Counted from the stretch's first letter, positions 28,341 through 39,306 are shown. The stretch: DNA of 64,000 nt from an uncultured Poribacteria bacterium (GCA_958296135.2 CATQHZ020000001.1:1600001-1664000), one strand, 5' to 3'. Notes: generated from the letters alone by a model not told the origin. Numbers and translations are program-made.

Positions 28341-29720
28341 ATGTTCCAACAACAAAATCAGTTAAACAACGCATTGCGAAATACAAAAAATCTTCCCATT
28401 GTTGCAATTGTGGGCCGGCCGAATGTCGGCAAATCGTCCCTTTTCAATCGGATGGCAGCCGCCGCTTCTGGGCGTGGGGCATCGAAAAAATTCGCTGTCG
28501 TTCACGACACCCCCGGTGTCACGCGCGACCGGAACTATATTGATATTGAATGGGTTGACAGCGGTTTCACCATCGTTGATACCGGCGGGTTAGACACAGA
28601 CCCGGACGATAGGCTTATTGATAGTGTGCAGTTGCAAGTCGATGCCGCTGTAGCGGAAGCGAGTCTCGTGCTGTTCGTCGTCGATGCGCGCACCGGCATC
28701 ATGCCGCACGACATGATGGTCGCCGATAAACTGCGCGCCGCGGATAAACCCATCTTCCTTGTCGTCAACAAAGTTGATAGCGAACGGCTTCGGAACGAGG
28801 CGGCGGAATTTTACGCGCTCGGCCTGGATGAGCCCACATTTACCTCGTGTGTGCAAAACGAAGGCATCCTAGGGCTCCTTGACCAGGTTGTCGAAGTGCT
28901 TCCTGAACCGGTGGCAGTAGACGCTAGTCAAACCGGGATAAAAATCGCCATCGTCGGTAGGCCGAACGTCGGCAAATCGTCGCTCATTAACAACCTGCTC
29001 GGCGAAGAGCGGATGATTGTCGATGACCGGCCCGGCACCACCCGCGATGCTGTCAACATCCATTTCGTCCACGACAACGTTGCCTTTGAAGTCGTGGATA
29101 CCGCGGGGATGCGGCGCAAAACTGCAATTGACGATGAGTTAGAATCCGCGACCGTGCAGCGTGCTATCCACAGTATCCGCCAGAGCGACATTGCTGTCCT
29201 CGTGTTAGACGTATCGCGGGAGGTGTCACAGCAGGATAAGACGATTGCGAATTTCATCGCGCGCCAAGGAAAAGCCTCTGTGATAGCAGTAAACAAGTGG
29301 GATCTGATCGAGAAGGACCACACCACGCACGGCGCGTTTCTGAATATAATCGATGTACAACTGCCGCAACTCGGCTATGTGCCGCGCGTGTTCGTCTCTG
29401 CTGTCACAGGACAGCGGGTTACGAAAATCTTAGACACTGCACTAGAGGTTTACCGCGAGTATTGCACGCGGATTCCGACACCCCAACTCAATGCGTTGCT
29501 CGGTGAGCTGTGGAATGCGTATCCGCCACCGCGTGTGAAAGGGGTCCGTCCTGCGCTCAAATATATCACCCAAATTGAGACGAAGCCGCCGACATTCCTG
29601 ATTTTTGGACGGAACACGCACCGCGTGCGGCCGCCCTATGAAGCGTATCTAACAAACGCGCTTCGCAAAGAGTTCGGTTTCCACGGCACACCGATACGGA
29701 TTTATTACCGCCGCTCGTAG
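28341..29720 (+). CDS. der: Ribosome biogenesis GTPase Der (EngA)
   Basis: Two GRPNVGKSSL GTPase domains plus a KH-like tail. Confidence 0.96.
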   Translation: MFQQQNQLNNALRNTKNLPIVAIVGRPNVGKSSLFNRMAAAASGRGASKKFAVVHDTPGVTRDRNYIDIEWVDSGFTIVDTGGLDTDPDDRLIDSVQLQVDAAVAEASLVLFVVDARTGIMPHDMMVADKLRAADKPIFLVVNKVDSERLRNEAAEFYALGLDEPTFTSCVQNEGILGLLDQVVEVLPEPVAVDASQTGIKIAIVGRPNVGKSSLINNLLGEERMIVDDRPGTTRDAVNIHFVHDNVAFEVVDTAGMRRKTAIDDELESATVQRAIHSIRQSDIAVLVLDVSREVSQQDKTIANFIARQGKASVIAVNKWDLIEKDHTTHGAFLNIIDVQLPQLGYVPRVFVSAVTGQRVTKILDTALEVYREYCTRIPTPQLNALLGELWNAYPPPRVKGVRPALKYITQIETKPPTFLIFGRNTHRVRPPYEAYLTNALRKEFGFHGTPIRIYYRRS

Positions 29721-29815
29721 TTGCACAAGGCATCGTCTATAAGGTTGCGTGCTTTTGCAGATTGGAAAACTTTTTTTGGAACTTTTTCGTGACTTCAGGG
29801 TATAATCTAATCAGA

Positions 29816-29901
29816 ATTCGCGCGGGTAGGAGGGACCTCCTGGTCCCGATACCGCATTCGCGCGGGTAGGAGGGACCTCCTGGTCCCGATACCGCATTCG
29901 C
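29816..29901 (+). repeat. Two perfect 40-bp tandem copies of a GTAG-REP
   Basis: ATTCGCGCGGGTAGGAGGGACCTCCTGGTCCCGATACCGC x2. Confidence 0.85.
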
Positions 29902-30030
29902 TTTTTGCAGAGAGACGACATTCGCGCCGGGGTGCACTGAATCGCTCTGGTTTTTAGCGGATGCAACTACGAAAAGTATCCATTCCGCGAAAAGTCCGTT
30001 AGGGCTTTAATCGCTATAGGAAAAATAAAA

Positions 30031-30450
30031 ATGAAAACCGTATTGAACCAGCACTTGATGCTGCCCAGACTCAATAGGAGTTTGCTCAGCACTCTCAGCC
30101 TCGCGGTGTTATGCGCGATGGCATTTACCTTTACCTGCGCACTCGCCCCGATGATGAACACGGCGAATGCACAGAGTGGGGCTTTGACTACTGCCAGCTC
30201 TCGCCCATGCTATAATCAGGCGATGTCAGGCATACGCACGGCTCGCGAGAACCATGCGAGCGCACAAGTGACACTCATGACGGCACTCGATCTGTATGAC
30301 GAGATGGTGAGTGCCGCGCAGGAAGACCCGTTCTTTAACTTCTTCGTCTACCTCGCTTCGCTAGCTGTGGAAACGGCGAGGAGCAATTTGCAAGCCGCGG
30401 CGATTGCCTTGGTGAAGTCATATTGGGTCCTCGCCCGATGCGTGGAGTAA
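30031..30450 (+). CDS. Hypothetical exported helical protein
   Basis: Signal-like N-terminus (..NTANA|Q); AGGA upstream. Confidence 0.5.
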   Translation: MKTVLNQHLMLPRLNRSLLSTLSLAVLCAMAFTFTCALAPMMNTANAQSGALTTASSRPCYNQAMSGIRTARENHASAQVTLMTALDLYDEMVSAAQEDPFFNFFVYLASLAVETARSNLQAAAIALVKSYWVLARCVE

Positions 30451-30809
30451 ATGACGCAATTGCAAACCGCCATGCCGTGGTGCGTGTGCAAGCCGCTGAA
30501 AACGGGTGCTGAACCGAATGGCATGCACCCACCGAGGATAACCTCAAAAACGGCTGGGGGCGCGTTACCGAAGCGCGCCACCCAGCACCTCTCGGATTTT
30601 CTAGCCATGTCCTTCCCAAAACGTCCCGATTTATTCTCAGGACTTACCCAAATACCATAATTTCTGTCCGGGAGGCGCGCGTTGGAAGCGCGCAGGGTCC
30701 CGCAGGTGCGCAGTTGAAAACCGCGCAGACGGAGCTCTTCTGCGTAAATCTATTCTGAAACTTCATCAGGGCCCTAAAACGAAGTCATCCTATTACAAAG
30801 GAGAATCCC

Positions 30810-31793
30810 TTGTCTAAATTCAAAGTTTTTATCACCCGGCCCATTCCGCAACAGATTGTCGCCCAAATGGAAGCGGAATGCGAGATAGACATGTGGCACA
30901 CGAGTGCCATCCTGCCGCCCATCGCGGAGAACATCGCGCCGCTTGATGGACTCATGACATACGGGCACGAACCTGTCTCCGCCGAGATGATAGCCACCGC
31001 GCCCAATCTCAAAGCTGTCTCTGTCGTCGGTGTCGGCTATGACCACGTTGATGAGGCGGCGTGCAGGGAACGCGGTATCGCGCTCGGCCACACCCCCGGC
31101 GTGCTGAGCGATACTACCGCTGATATGACGATGGCACTCTTGCTGGCGGCCGCGCGGAACATTGTCCCGGCGCACCAACACGTCCAAGTCGCCAGAGAAT
31201 GGACATACTATGATCCGAATATCTTGTGGGGTACTGACGTGCATCACACCACGTTAGGCATCGTCGGCATGGGCCGTATCGGCTACGCTGTGGCCAAACG
31301 CGCCTTAGGTTTTGACATGCGCGTCCTCTACCACAAACGCAACCGCCGCCACGACTGGGAGGAAGAACTCGGCATTGAATACGTTGAGTTGGAGCATCTC
31401 CTGCAAGCCTCCGATTTCGTCACGCTTCATGTCCCGCTCACTGAGGATACGACGCACCTTATCGGCAAGGCGGAGTTGGCGTTAATGAAATCGACAGCGA
31501 TTCTGGTTAACATCGCGCGGGGTCCTGTCGTCAACCATGGTGCGTTATACGATGCGCTCGCGTCGGGACAAATTGCCGGAGCCGCGCTGGACGTGACGGA
31601 GCCGGAGCCGATTAACACAGACCATCCGCTTTTGGGTTTAGAGAACGTTCTGGTTGCGCCGCATCTCGGCAGTGCGACTGTCCAGACGCGCACGAAAATG
31701 GCGACGATGGCGATGGAGAATTTGTTGGCGGGGTTAAAAGGGGAGCGGTTGCCGTATGCGGTGCTGCAGCCGGGGCATGCTTCCACTGTCTAA
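30810..31793 (+). CDS. D-2-hydroxyacid dehydrogenase (glyoxylate/D-glycerate reductase family)
   Basis: GIVGMGRIG, LVNIARG, ALDVTEPEP and PHLGSAT motifs. Confidence 0.92.
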   Translation: MSKFKVFITRPIPQQIVAQMEAECEIDMWHTSAILPPIAENIAPLDGLMTYGHEPVSAEMIATAPNLKAVSVVGVGYDHVDEAACRERGIALGHTPGVLSDTTADMTMALLLAAARNIVPAHQHVQVAREWTYYDPNILWGTDVHHTTLGIVGMGRIGYAVAKRALGFDMRVLYHKRNRRHDWEEELGIEYVELEHLLQASDFVTLHVPLTEDTTHLIGKAELALMKSTAILVNIARGPVVNHGALYDALASGQIAGAALDVTEPEPINTDHPLLGLENVLVAPHLGSATVQTRTKMATMAMENLLAGLKGERLPYAVLQPGHASTV

Positions 31794-31931
31794 ATCGCGG
31801 ATTTGCAGGATGAAACGCGCGGCTTGGCAGAATACGAATCTTTCTGCAAAAGTGCCTTTTCTGGAGTTTTCATCTTGCATTGAAGGCAAAATTATGTTAA
31901 AATCTGGTTAAAACTTTGGAGGAAACCGAAA

Positions 31932-32369
31932 ATGAAACCGAAACGGATACTGGAAGAACTCCCGGATGTTCCTGTGCCGATAACGGAGCACCTTGCGGAA
32001 CCCTCGGTTAGCACGAGTTTTCCTGCTGTTGAGCATTTGCCGCCGCAAAGCGGTGCGACAGCTGCAACCGGTAACCTCGCTGCAGCCGAGAAGAAAGCAG
32101 ACGATGAGTGTGTGGAGGAAGTGCAGGATACCGATTCCCTTCTCGCACTCGCTGGCACGGTGAAATGCGATTTTTCGGCTATTGAACTGGCACCAGTACC
32201 ACAGATGCGGGAAGTTCCCCAAGACCCGGGACTGGCAAAACACGCTACAACTCCGCTCCTCGCGCTGGCTGGCACATTAGAATGTGATGTTACGGACATC
32301 AGCGAACGCCACGACGAGTATATCGTGGACACGTTGGTGACAGAATTACGAGGAAATGATGATGAATGA
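31932..32369 (+). CDS. Hypothetical antitoxin-like protein with internal duplication
   Basis: LLALAGT(V/L)(K/E)CD occurs twice; ends DISERHDEY; GGAGG RBS; ATGA overlap with the helicase. Confidence 0.55.
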   Translation: MKPKRILEELPDVPVPITEHLAEPSVSTSFPAVEHLPPQSGATAATGNLAAAEKKADDECVEEVQDTDSLLALAGTVKCDFSAIELAPVPQMREVPQDPGLAKHATTPLLALAGTLECDVTDISERHDEYIVDTLVTELRGNDDE

Positions 32370-35300
32370 AGCCGCCGGAGGAACAGCCTAAAATGCCTCG
32401 CATCTTCGATAACATCGGGCAGGCACTGCTGCCTGCACTCCGAGAAACGCTGAAAACCGCCACGCATGCAGACTTCTGTGTCGGCTACTTTAATCTGCGC
32501 GGATGGAAGGCACTCGCCGATTCTATTGAAACATGGGATGGCGGCGAAGGACGCTGCTGCCGACTCCTCGTCGGGATGCAACGTTTGCCGCAAGAAGAAC
32601 TCCGCCACGCCAAACGCCTCCGTAAACAAGACGACAGAATTGATAACCAGACTGCACTCCGTCTCAAACGGAAGTTGGCAGAAGAATTCCGGGAACAACT
32701 CACTGTCGGTGTCCCGACGCGTGAGGATGAGGCAGGGCTCCGACAATTAGCACAGCAGATTCGGGACAAAAAGGTTCAGGTGAAGTTGTTCCTTCGGCAT
32801 CCGCTCCACGCAAAACTCTACCTGCTTCACCGTCCCGATCCGATTACGCCGATTGTCGGCTACCTCGGCAGTAGCAACCTCACCTTTGCAGGACTCTCCA
32901 AACAAGGGGAGCTCAACGTTGATGTCCTTGATGCCGACGCGTGCCAAAAGTTAAAAGATTGGTTTGACGCGCGCTGGACAGACCGGTGGTGCATCGATAT
33001 TTCTGCCGAACTGGTTGAAATTATTGAGGAGAGTTGGGCGCGCGTGGAACGCATCCCGCCGTATCACATCTACGTCAAGATGGCGTATCACCTCTCACAA
33101 GAAGCACGACTCGGATTGACAGAATTCCAGATCCCGAGCGAATTTCGGGACAAACTGTTTGAATTCCAGGCTGCGGCGGTGCAAATTGCGGCGCATCACC
33201 TCAACAGACGCGGCGGCGTGTTAATCGGCGACGTTGTCGGACTCGGCAAAACAGTGATGGGCACCGCGCTCGCGCGCATTTTTGAAGACGATTACGGGCT
33301 TGAAACGCTTATCATCTGCCCAAAGAACCTCGTCAAAATGTGGGAGGCGTATCGCGAGGAATATCACCTGCGCGGCAGCGTGCTTTCGCTGAGCCGCGTC
33401 ATCCAAGAGTTACCGAACCTGCGACGGTATCGGATTATCCTCATTGATGAAAGCCATAACCTGCGAAACCGCGAGGGAAAACGCTATCGCGCGATTCAGG
33501 AATACATCCACGAAAACGATAGCCGCGTCATCCTGCTCTCCGCAACGCCTTACAACAAAACCTACCTCGATCTCTCCAGTCAACTCCGCTTGTTTGTTGA
33601 GGAGGACCGAGACTTGGGCATCCGACCGGAACACTACCTCCGTGAGTTAGGCGGCGAGACTGAGTTCCTCCGCAAGCACCAAAGCGGCGTGCGCACGCTA
33701 CCCGCTTTTGAACAGAGCGAGCACCTTGACGATTGGCGCGAATTGATGCGTCTCTATCTCGTCCGTCGGACACGCAGTTTCATCATGGAAAACTACGCCG
33801 AGACAGATGCCGATACGGGCCGGAAGTTCCTCGCTTTTCCCGGTGGCACGCGCTCCTACTTTCCCATGCGCGTGCCAAAAACGGTGAAGTTCACCATTGA
33901 CGACGAAAATCCCGACGATACCTACGCGCAGCTATATTCGTCGCGCGTCGTCCAAATCGTTAGCAACTTGCAACTCCCGCGGTATGGACTGGCAAATTAC
34001 ATCGTTGACGCGCCAGAGGGAGCGCGGTTGAAAACCGCGCCTACCGAAGAGAAGGACTTGGAACCGCTGACACCGGCGGAGAAAACGCAATTGGACAACC
34101 TCTCCCGCGCAGGACAGCGGCTCATCGGTTTCAGCCGAACCAATCTTTTCAAGCGGCTTGAGAGTAGCGGACAGGCGTTCCTCCAATCGGTGGAACGCCA
34201 CATTCTGCGCAACTACGTCTATCTCCACGCGATTGATAACGGCGAACCGCTTCCCATCGGTGGACAAAGTAGTGAGATGCTCGATGCGCGTTTCTACGAT
34301 GAGGATGTGGATGCCGTGGAGGGAGTAGCCGACCCGGTTGATAACGAGAGTGACGTGGATATGGATAGTGCGTGCTTGGAAAGCGCGCCTACGGGACATC
34401 AGTCCGGTGAATTCAAACAGCGCGCCGCCGAAATCTATCACCTTTACACCACGAGATATAAAAGTCGGTTTAAGTGGGTGCGTTCCGAGCTCTTTCGTCC
34501 CTCTCTCCGGAAAGCACTCGCCGACGATGCAAGCGCGCTGCTCACTATCTTGCAAGACTCCGGTGTTTGGCATGCCGAAAACGACGAGAAACTCAACGCG
34601 TTGGCGGCACTCTTAACCGAGACTCATCCGAATAATAAGGTGCTGATTTTCACGCAGTTTGCGGACACGGTGCGCTATCTGAAAACGGCACTCGTGTCGC
34701 GTGGCATTTCGCGGATTGAAGGAGTAACCGGTGATTCCCCAGATCCGACTGGGGTGGCGTGGCGGTTCAGTCCTGTGAGCAATGAGAAGCGCGCCGCTGT
34801 TTCGCCACAAGAGGAGCTGCGGGTGCTCATCAGCACGGATATTTTGAGTGAAGGCCAGAATTTGCAGGACTGCGCGATTGTCGTCAACTACGATCTGCCG
34901 TGGGCAATTATCCGCCTCGTCCAACGCGCTGGGCGTGTGGACAGAATCGGGCAGACAGCTGAGCAGATTTCGTGCTATTCGTTTCTGCCGGCTGATGGCG
35001 TGGAACGCATTATCAATTTGCGCGGACGCGTCCGGGAACGCCTCCGCCAAAATTCGGAGATTGTCGGCACGGACGAGGCATTTTTTGAAGATGACGCGGA
35101 CGAGAACGCACTCTTGGCGTTGTATCACGAGCGGGCAGGTTTGCTGGACGATGAACCCGACAACGATGTCGATCTTGCCTCTTACGCGTATCAGATCTGG
35201 AAAAATGCGATGACGCGTGAGCCGCGCCTAGAACGCGTCATCCCTGAACTGCCGGCCGTCGTCTATTCAACGAAGGCGCACGATGCTGTCGAAGGCGCGC

Positions 35301-35830
35301 TTGTCTATCTGCGAACAGGCGATGGCAGCGATGCGCTCGCGTGGATAAATCGGGAAGGCAAAAGCGTCACAGAATCACAATTTGCGATTCTGCAAGCCGC
35401 TGCCTGCATGCCGAATACCGAGGCACTGCCGCCACTTGAGGAACACCACACTCTCGTGCGAGAGGGAACTGAATTGATTCTCTCTGAGGAACGTTCTGTC
35501 GGTGGCCAGTTAGGGAGGCCATCGGGCGCGAGGTTTCGGACATACCAACGGCTGCAACAGTATGCCGATGAAGTCAAAGGCACGCTATTTGATACGCCTG
35601 AATTGAAACGCGCCATTGACGACATCTATCGTTATCCGCTGCGGCAGGCTGCGACAGGCACGCTCAATCGCCAACTGCGCAGCGGTATCTCTGACGAAGC
35701 ACTCGCAAATCTTGTCCTGCTGCTGCGAGATGAGGATAGATTGTGCATTGTGCAGGGCGAACGGCAAACCGGAGAGCCGCAGATTATTTGTTCTTTGGGG
35801 CTTGCAGCGGAACCTCCCCGTGGAACGTAG
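32366..35830 (+). CDS. PLD-nuclease (HKD) / SF2 SNF2-like helicase fusion, restriction-type subunit
   Basis: VGYFNL, LHAKLY and GSSNLT (PLD); GDVVGLGKT, IDESHN, SATP, SEGQNLQ and QRAGRVDRIG (helicase). Confidence 0.9.
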   Translation: MKPPEEQPKMPRIFDNIGQALLPALRETLKTATHADFCVGYFNLRGWKALADSIETWDGGEGRCCRLLVGMQRLPQEELRHAKRLRKQDDRIDNQTALRLKRKLAEEFREQLTVGVPTREDEAGLRQLAQQIRDKKVQVKLFLRHPLHAKLYLLHRPDPITPIVGYLGSSNLTFAGLSKQGELNVDVLDADACQKLKDWFDARWTDRWCIDISAELVEIIEESWARVERIPPYHIYVKMAYHLSQEARLGLTEFQIPSEFRDKLFEFQAAAVQIAAHHLNRRGGVLIGDVVGLGKTVMGTALARIFEDDYGLETLIICPKNLVKMWEAYREEYHLRGSVLSLSRVIQELPNLRRYRIILIDESHNLRNREGKRYRAIQEYIHENDSRVILLSATPYNKTYLDLSSQLRLFVEEDRDLGIRPEHYLRELGGETEFLRKHQSGVRTLPAFEQSEHLDDWRELMRLYLVRRTRSFIMENYAETDADTGRKFLAFPGGTRSYFPMRVPKTVKFTIDDENPDDTYAQLYSSRVVQIVSNLQLPRYGLANYIVDAPEGARLKTAPTEEKDLEPLTPAEKTQLDNLSRAGQRLIGFSRTNLFKRLESSGQAFLQSVERHILRNYVYLHAIDNGEPLPIGGQSSEMLDARFYDEDVDAVEGVADPVDNESDVDMDSACLESAPTGHQSGEFKQRAAEIYHLYTTRYKSRFKWVRSELFRPSLRKALADDASALLTILQDSGVWHAENDEKLNALAALLTETHPNNKVLIFTQFADTVRYLKTALVSRGISRIEGVTGDSPDPTGVAWRFSPVSNEKRAAVSPQEELRVLISTDILSEGQNLQDCAIVVNYDLPWAIIRLVQRAGRVDRIGQTAEQISCYSFLPADGVERIINLRGRVRERLRQNSEIVGTDEAFFEDDADENALLALYHERAGLLDDEPDNDVDLASYAYQIWKNAMTREPRLERVIPELPAVVYSTKAHDAVEGALVYLRTGDGSDALAWINREGKSVTESQFAILQAAACMPNTEALPPLEEHHTLVREGTELILSEERSVGGQLGRPSGARFRTYQRLQQYADEVKGTLFDTPELKRAIDDIYRYPLRQAATGTLNRQLRSGISDEALANLVLLLRDEDRLCIVQGERQTGEPQIICSLGLAAEPPRGT

Positions 35831-35994
35831 GGCGGGGGCCTGGCCCCCGCAGGTGCCGCGGCCGGGCGAAGGATAGGGCCTCGCGACGCGGTTTTCCTTA
35901 GAGATGTCCACCTTTTGAGTTTCCTGCGAAGCAGGGCGAGCTCAAACTACAGATGCAGGATGGCTGAATAACTATGCGCTCCGGACGAATGAAT

Positions 35995-36024
35995 TTGACA
36001 ATTAACCGCATTGCAAGGTATAAT
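35995..36024 (+). promoter_or_regulatory. Sigma70-like promoter for the methyltransferase
   Basis: TTGACA-18 nt-TATAAT. Confidence 0.65.
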
Positions 36025-36066
36025 CACCTATATCTCAACCGATTTTGCCATCAAGGATAACGCCAG

Positions 36067-39000
36067 ATGGACTTCAACGTCAACGAAACACGTCACTTCC
36101 TCCGCGAAGCCGATTTTCATTCGCTCTTCATCGAAGGACTCGGATGGGACAGGCACGCGCACGCCCTCACCGTCACCGTCGATGACACCGACTACGCCCT
36201 CGCCGCCCTCGCCGAAAAACGCGGCATGGTAGTCTTTCTGTGCACCACCACCGATGAAAAACAGTTGCCCGACTACGCCACGCGGCGTGCTATTCAACGG
36301 CAGGTGGCAAAAGTTGTCCACGAACACGTTATCATTTACACCGACGCTGCGAAAACTACCCAGATCTGGCAGTGGGTGAAACGCGCCCCCGGCAAACCCA
36401 ACGCTTGCCGTGAACATCGCTACCATCACGAACAAGCCGGCGACGCACTCCTCCAAAAACTGCAAACCCTTGCATTCAGTTTAGAGGAGGAAGACGGGCT
36501 GTCCCTCGTTGATGTGACGGGACGCGTCCGCGCCGCGTTTGACGTTGCCCCCGTGACAAAACGCTTTTATGAACGCTTCAAAAAGGCACACGATGTCTTC
36601 CTTCAGTTCCTCAACGGTATCCCCGATGTGGAGACGCAGAAGTGGTTTGTCTCTGTCATGCTCACTCGGCTGATGTTCATCTACTTCATCCAGAAGAAGG
36701 GGTTCCTTAACGGCGATACCGACTATCTCCGCACGAACCTCACCCGAAGCAAAGCGGCAGGCACCGACAGGTTCTACCGCGCGTTTCTCTGTCCGCTCTT
36801 CTTTGAAGGCTTCGCAAAACCGAAGGCAGACCGGACCGAGGAGACAAACCGATGCCTCGGTGATGTGCCCTATCTCAACGGTGGCATCTTCCTACTGCAT
36901 CCTATTGAGCAGCAACACGGTGACACCCTTCAGATTCCCGATGAGGCGTTCGCGCAACTCTTCACCTTCTTTGAGTCGTATCAGTGGCATCTCGATGAGC
37001 GGCCGCTGCGCAACGATAACGAGATAAACCCCGATGTTCTCGGCTATATCTTCGAGAAATACATCAACCAGAAACAGATGGGTGCCTACTACACGCAGGA
37101 GGACATCACCGACTATATCAGCAAGAATACGATAATCCCGTTCCTTTTTGACGCGGCGCGCAACTCCTGCAAAATCGCTTTTGAAGGCGATGCGAGTGTC
37201 TGGCAGCTGCTCCAAACTCACCCAGCCCGGTATATTTACGATGCCGTCAAAACGGGTGTCAAACACCCCTTACCGCCGGACATTGCCCTCGGCATTGACG
37301 ATGTCTCCCAACGCGCCGCATGGAATACGCTCGCATCGGACGCGTATGCGTTGCCGACAGAAATCTGGCGCGAAGTCGTCGCGCGGCGGCAGCGGTATGA
37401 ACGGGTGCGCGCGAAACTCGCCAACGGCGAGATAACCGACATCAACGCGCTCATCACCGAGAACCTAGACATCCGCCAATTCGCGCAAGACGTGCTCGAG
37501 CATTGCGAGGGCCCCGAACTACTCCGAGCGTTTTGGAACGCTATCACACAGGTGACAATCCTCGATCCGACGTGCGGGTCCGGCGCGTTCCTCTTCGCCG
37601 CGCTGAACATCTTGGAGCCGCTCTACGAAGCATGCCTTGAGCGGATGCAAGCCTTCGTTGATGAAGCAGATTCAGTCTCGCGTCCCGGTAGGAGAGACCT
37701 CCCGGTCTCGCCGCCCCATGCTCGCCGCTCCCAAAGATACAGCAACTTCCGCAAAGTCCTCGGACGCATCGCGCAGCACCCGAACCGCCGCTATTTCATC
37801 CTCAAGTCAATCATTATCAATAACCTCTACGGCGTGGATATTATGGACGAGGCAGTCGAGATTTGCAAACTCCGCCTCTTCCTCAAAATGGTGGCGCAGA
37901 TCGATGACGTGAACCAGATCGAACCGCTGCCAGACATTGACTTCAACGTGCGGGCCGGCAACACGCTTGTCGGCTATGCCACCTACGACGAGGTGGAAAA
38001 GGCCGTCACGGGAAAGTTTGATTTTGACGACACGATGACGCGCATCCGTGAACGCGCCGAGGACGTTGAGGCACTCTTCTCTCTCTTTCGTCAGCAACAG
38101 ACAAAACTGGGCGGCGATGTAACGCTGGCGAACAAACAGGCGTTGCAGGAGAAACTGGCAGAGTTATCCGACGAATTGAACGGTTACCTTGCAGGGGAAT
38201 ATGGGATTGATACGAACAACGCAGGTGCGTATCAGCGGTGGCTTTCGTCGCATCAACCGTTCCACTGGTTCATCGCGTTTTACGGCATTCTCAAAGAGGG
38301 TGGGTTTGACGTGGTTATCGGCAATCCGCCGTATGTGGAATATAGCAAGGTGAAGAAGAATTACACGATTCGGGGTTACGAAACCGAGCGTTGCGGGAAT
38401 CTCTACGCGTTTGTTATGGAGCGAGGAGCGTGCCTTAATTCGGGAAGAACCGGTTGGATAGTCCCTATCTCTTGGGTTTCTACCAACAGAATGGCTGCCG
38501 CCCGTCATATTATTGCCCAGTCGCATCCTGCGCTCTGGATAAATAATCACGCGGACCGCCCAGGATCATTGTTTGTTGGTGTGCACCAAAAACTTACTAT
38601 TGCTCTTTGTGCCAAAGGGATCCCTGCCATTCACACAACTGGATTTTGCCGGTGCTACTCGAAAGAGGGAGGAAGGAATCATTTGTTTACCACCCTTGCT
38701 TATTCCTCTTTGGACTGGGAGGGCGAAATCATACGAAAATTCTCGGATGAGGTTGAAGCGGCTATATGCCGCAAAGTTGTCCAAAAATCCAACCCGATAA
38801 CTTCAACATTCACATCCTCGCAAAAGGCAAAGGATGCTGATGCATTTCATTTGAATCAGCGGCTGATGATGTGGGTAAAGTGCTTCCTTGCCCCCAAGAA
38901 GTCAAAAGAGTTTCGGACATTCTATCCGATTAAGGGATTTTCGGCAAAGGAGTTGTCTGCTGTCTTGAATTCCACTCTGTTCTTCTGGTTCTGGGAGACA

Positions 39001-39306
39001 AAGGGCGATTGTTGGCACTTGACGAAAGGAGACCTGGATGCTTTCCACATCGACCTAGGTCAATGCGCTGATGCGAACAGGAAATCTCTGATTCGCTTAG
39101 CTGACACCTTGGAACGCCACTTAGAAGAAAACAAGGAATATGTTGGCACGAAGCAAACCGATTACGAGTATTATCACAAGAAGTCAAAGCACATTATTGA
39201 TGAAATCGACCGCGTTCTCGCTGAACACTACGGGTTCACAGACGAGGAGGTAGACTTCATCATCAATTACGCTATTAAATATCGGATGGGGCTCGGCAAT
39301 GCCTGA
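36067..39306 (+). CDS. Eco57I/type IIG-like N6-adenine DNA methyltransferase with C-terminal target recognition region
   Basis: PYLNGGIF, GAYYT, ILDPTCGSGAFL, YGVDI and FDVVIGNPPY motifs. Confidence 0.9.
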   Translation: MDFNVNETRHFLREADFHSLFIEGLGWDRHAHALTVTVDDTDYALAALAEKRGMVVFLCTTTDEKQLPDYATRRAIQRQVAKVVHEHVIIYTDAAKTTQIWQWVKRAPGKPNACREHRYHHEQAGDALLQKLQTLAFSLEEEDGLSLVDVTGRVRAAFDVAPVTKRFYERFKKAHDVFLQFLNGIPDVETQKWFVSVMLTRLMFIYFIQKKGFLNGDTDYLRTNLTRSKAAGTDRFYRAFLCPLFFEGFAKPKADRTEETNRCLGDVPYLNGGIFLLHPIEQQHGDTLQIPDEAFAQLFTFFESYQWHLDERPLRNDNEINPDVLGYIFEKYINQKQMGAYYTQEDITDYISKNTIIPFLFDAARNSCKIAFEGDASVWQLLQTHPARYIYDAVKTGVKHPLPPDIALGIDDVSQRAAWNTLASDAYALPTEIWREVVARRQRYERVRAKLANGEITDINALITENLDIRQFAQDVLEHCEGPELLRAFWNAITQVTILDPTCGSGAFLFAALNILEPLYEACLERMQAFVDEADSVSRPGRRDLPVSPPHARRSQRYSNFRKVLGRIAQHPNRRYFILKSIIINNLYGVDIMDEAVEICKLRLFLKMVAQIDDVNQIEPLPDIDFNVRAGNTLVGYATYDEVEKAVTGKFDFDDTMTRIRERAEDVEALFSLFRQQQTKLGGDVTLANKQALQEKLAELSDELNGYLAGEYGIDTNNAGAYQRWLSSHQPFHWFIAFYGILKEGGFDVVIGNPPYVEYSKVKKNYTIRGYETERCGNLYAFVMERGACLNSGRTGWIVPISWVSTNRMAAARHIIAQSHPALWINNHADRPGSLFVGVHQKLTIALCAKGIPAIHTTGFCRCYSKEGGRNHLFTTLAYSSLDWEGEIIRKFSDEVEAAICRKVVQKSNPITSTFTSSQKAKDADAFHLNQRLMMWVKCFLAPKKSKEFRTFYPIKGFSAKELSAVLNSTLFFWFWETKGDCWHLTKGDLDAFHIDLGQCADANRKSLIRLADTLERHLEENKEYVGTKQTDYEYYHKKSKHIIDEIDRVLAEHYGFTDEEVDFIINYAIKYRMGLGNA

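Noticed and set aside
29816-29901. Possible mini-CRISPR
   Set aside because: Two adjacent identical 40-mers with no spacer; same family as the REP at 37688 and 46159.
29930-30030. Possible riboswitch in the leader of 30031
   Set aside because: No convincing match to a known aptamer consensus by eye; needs an Rfam search.
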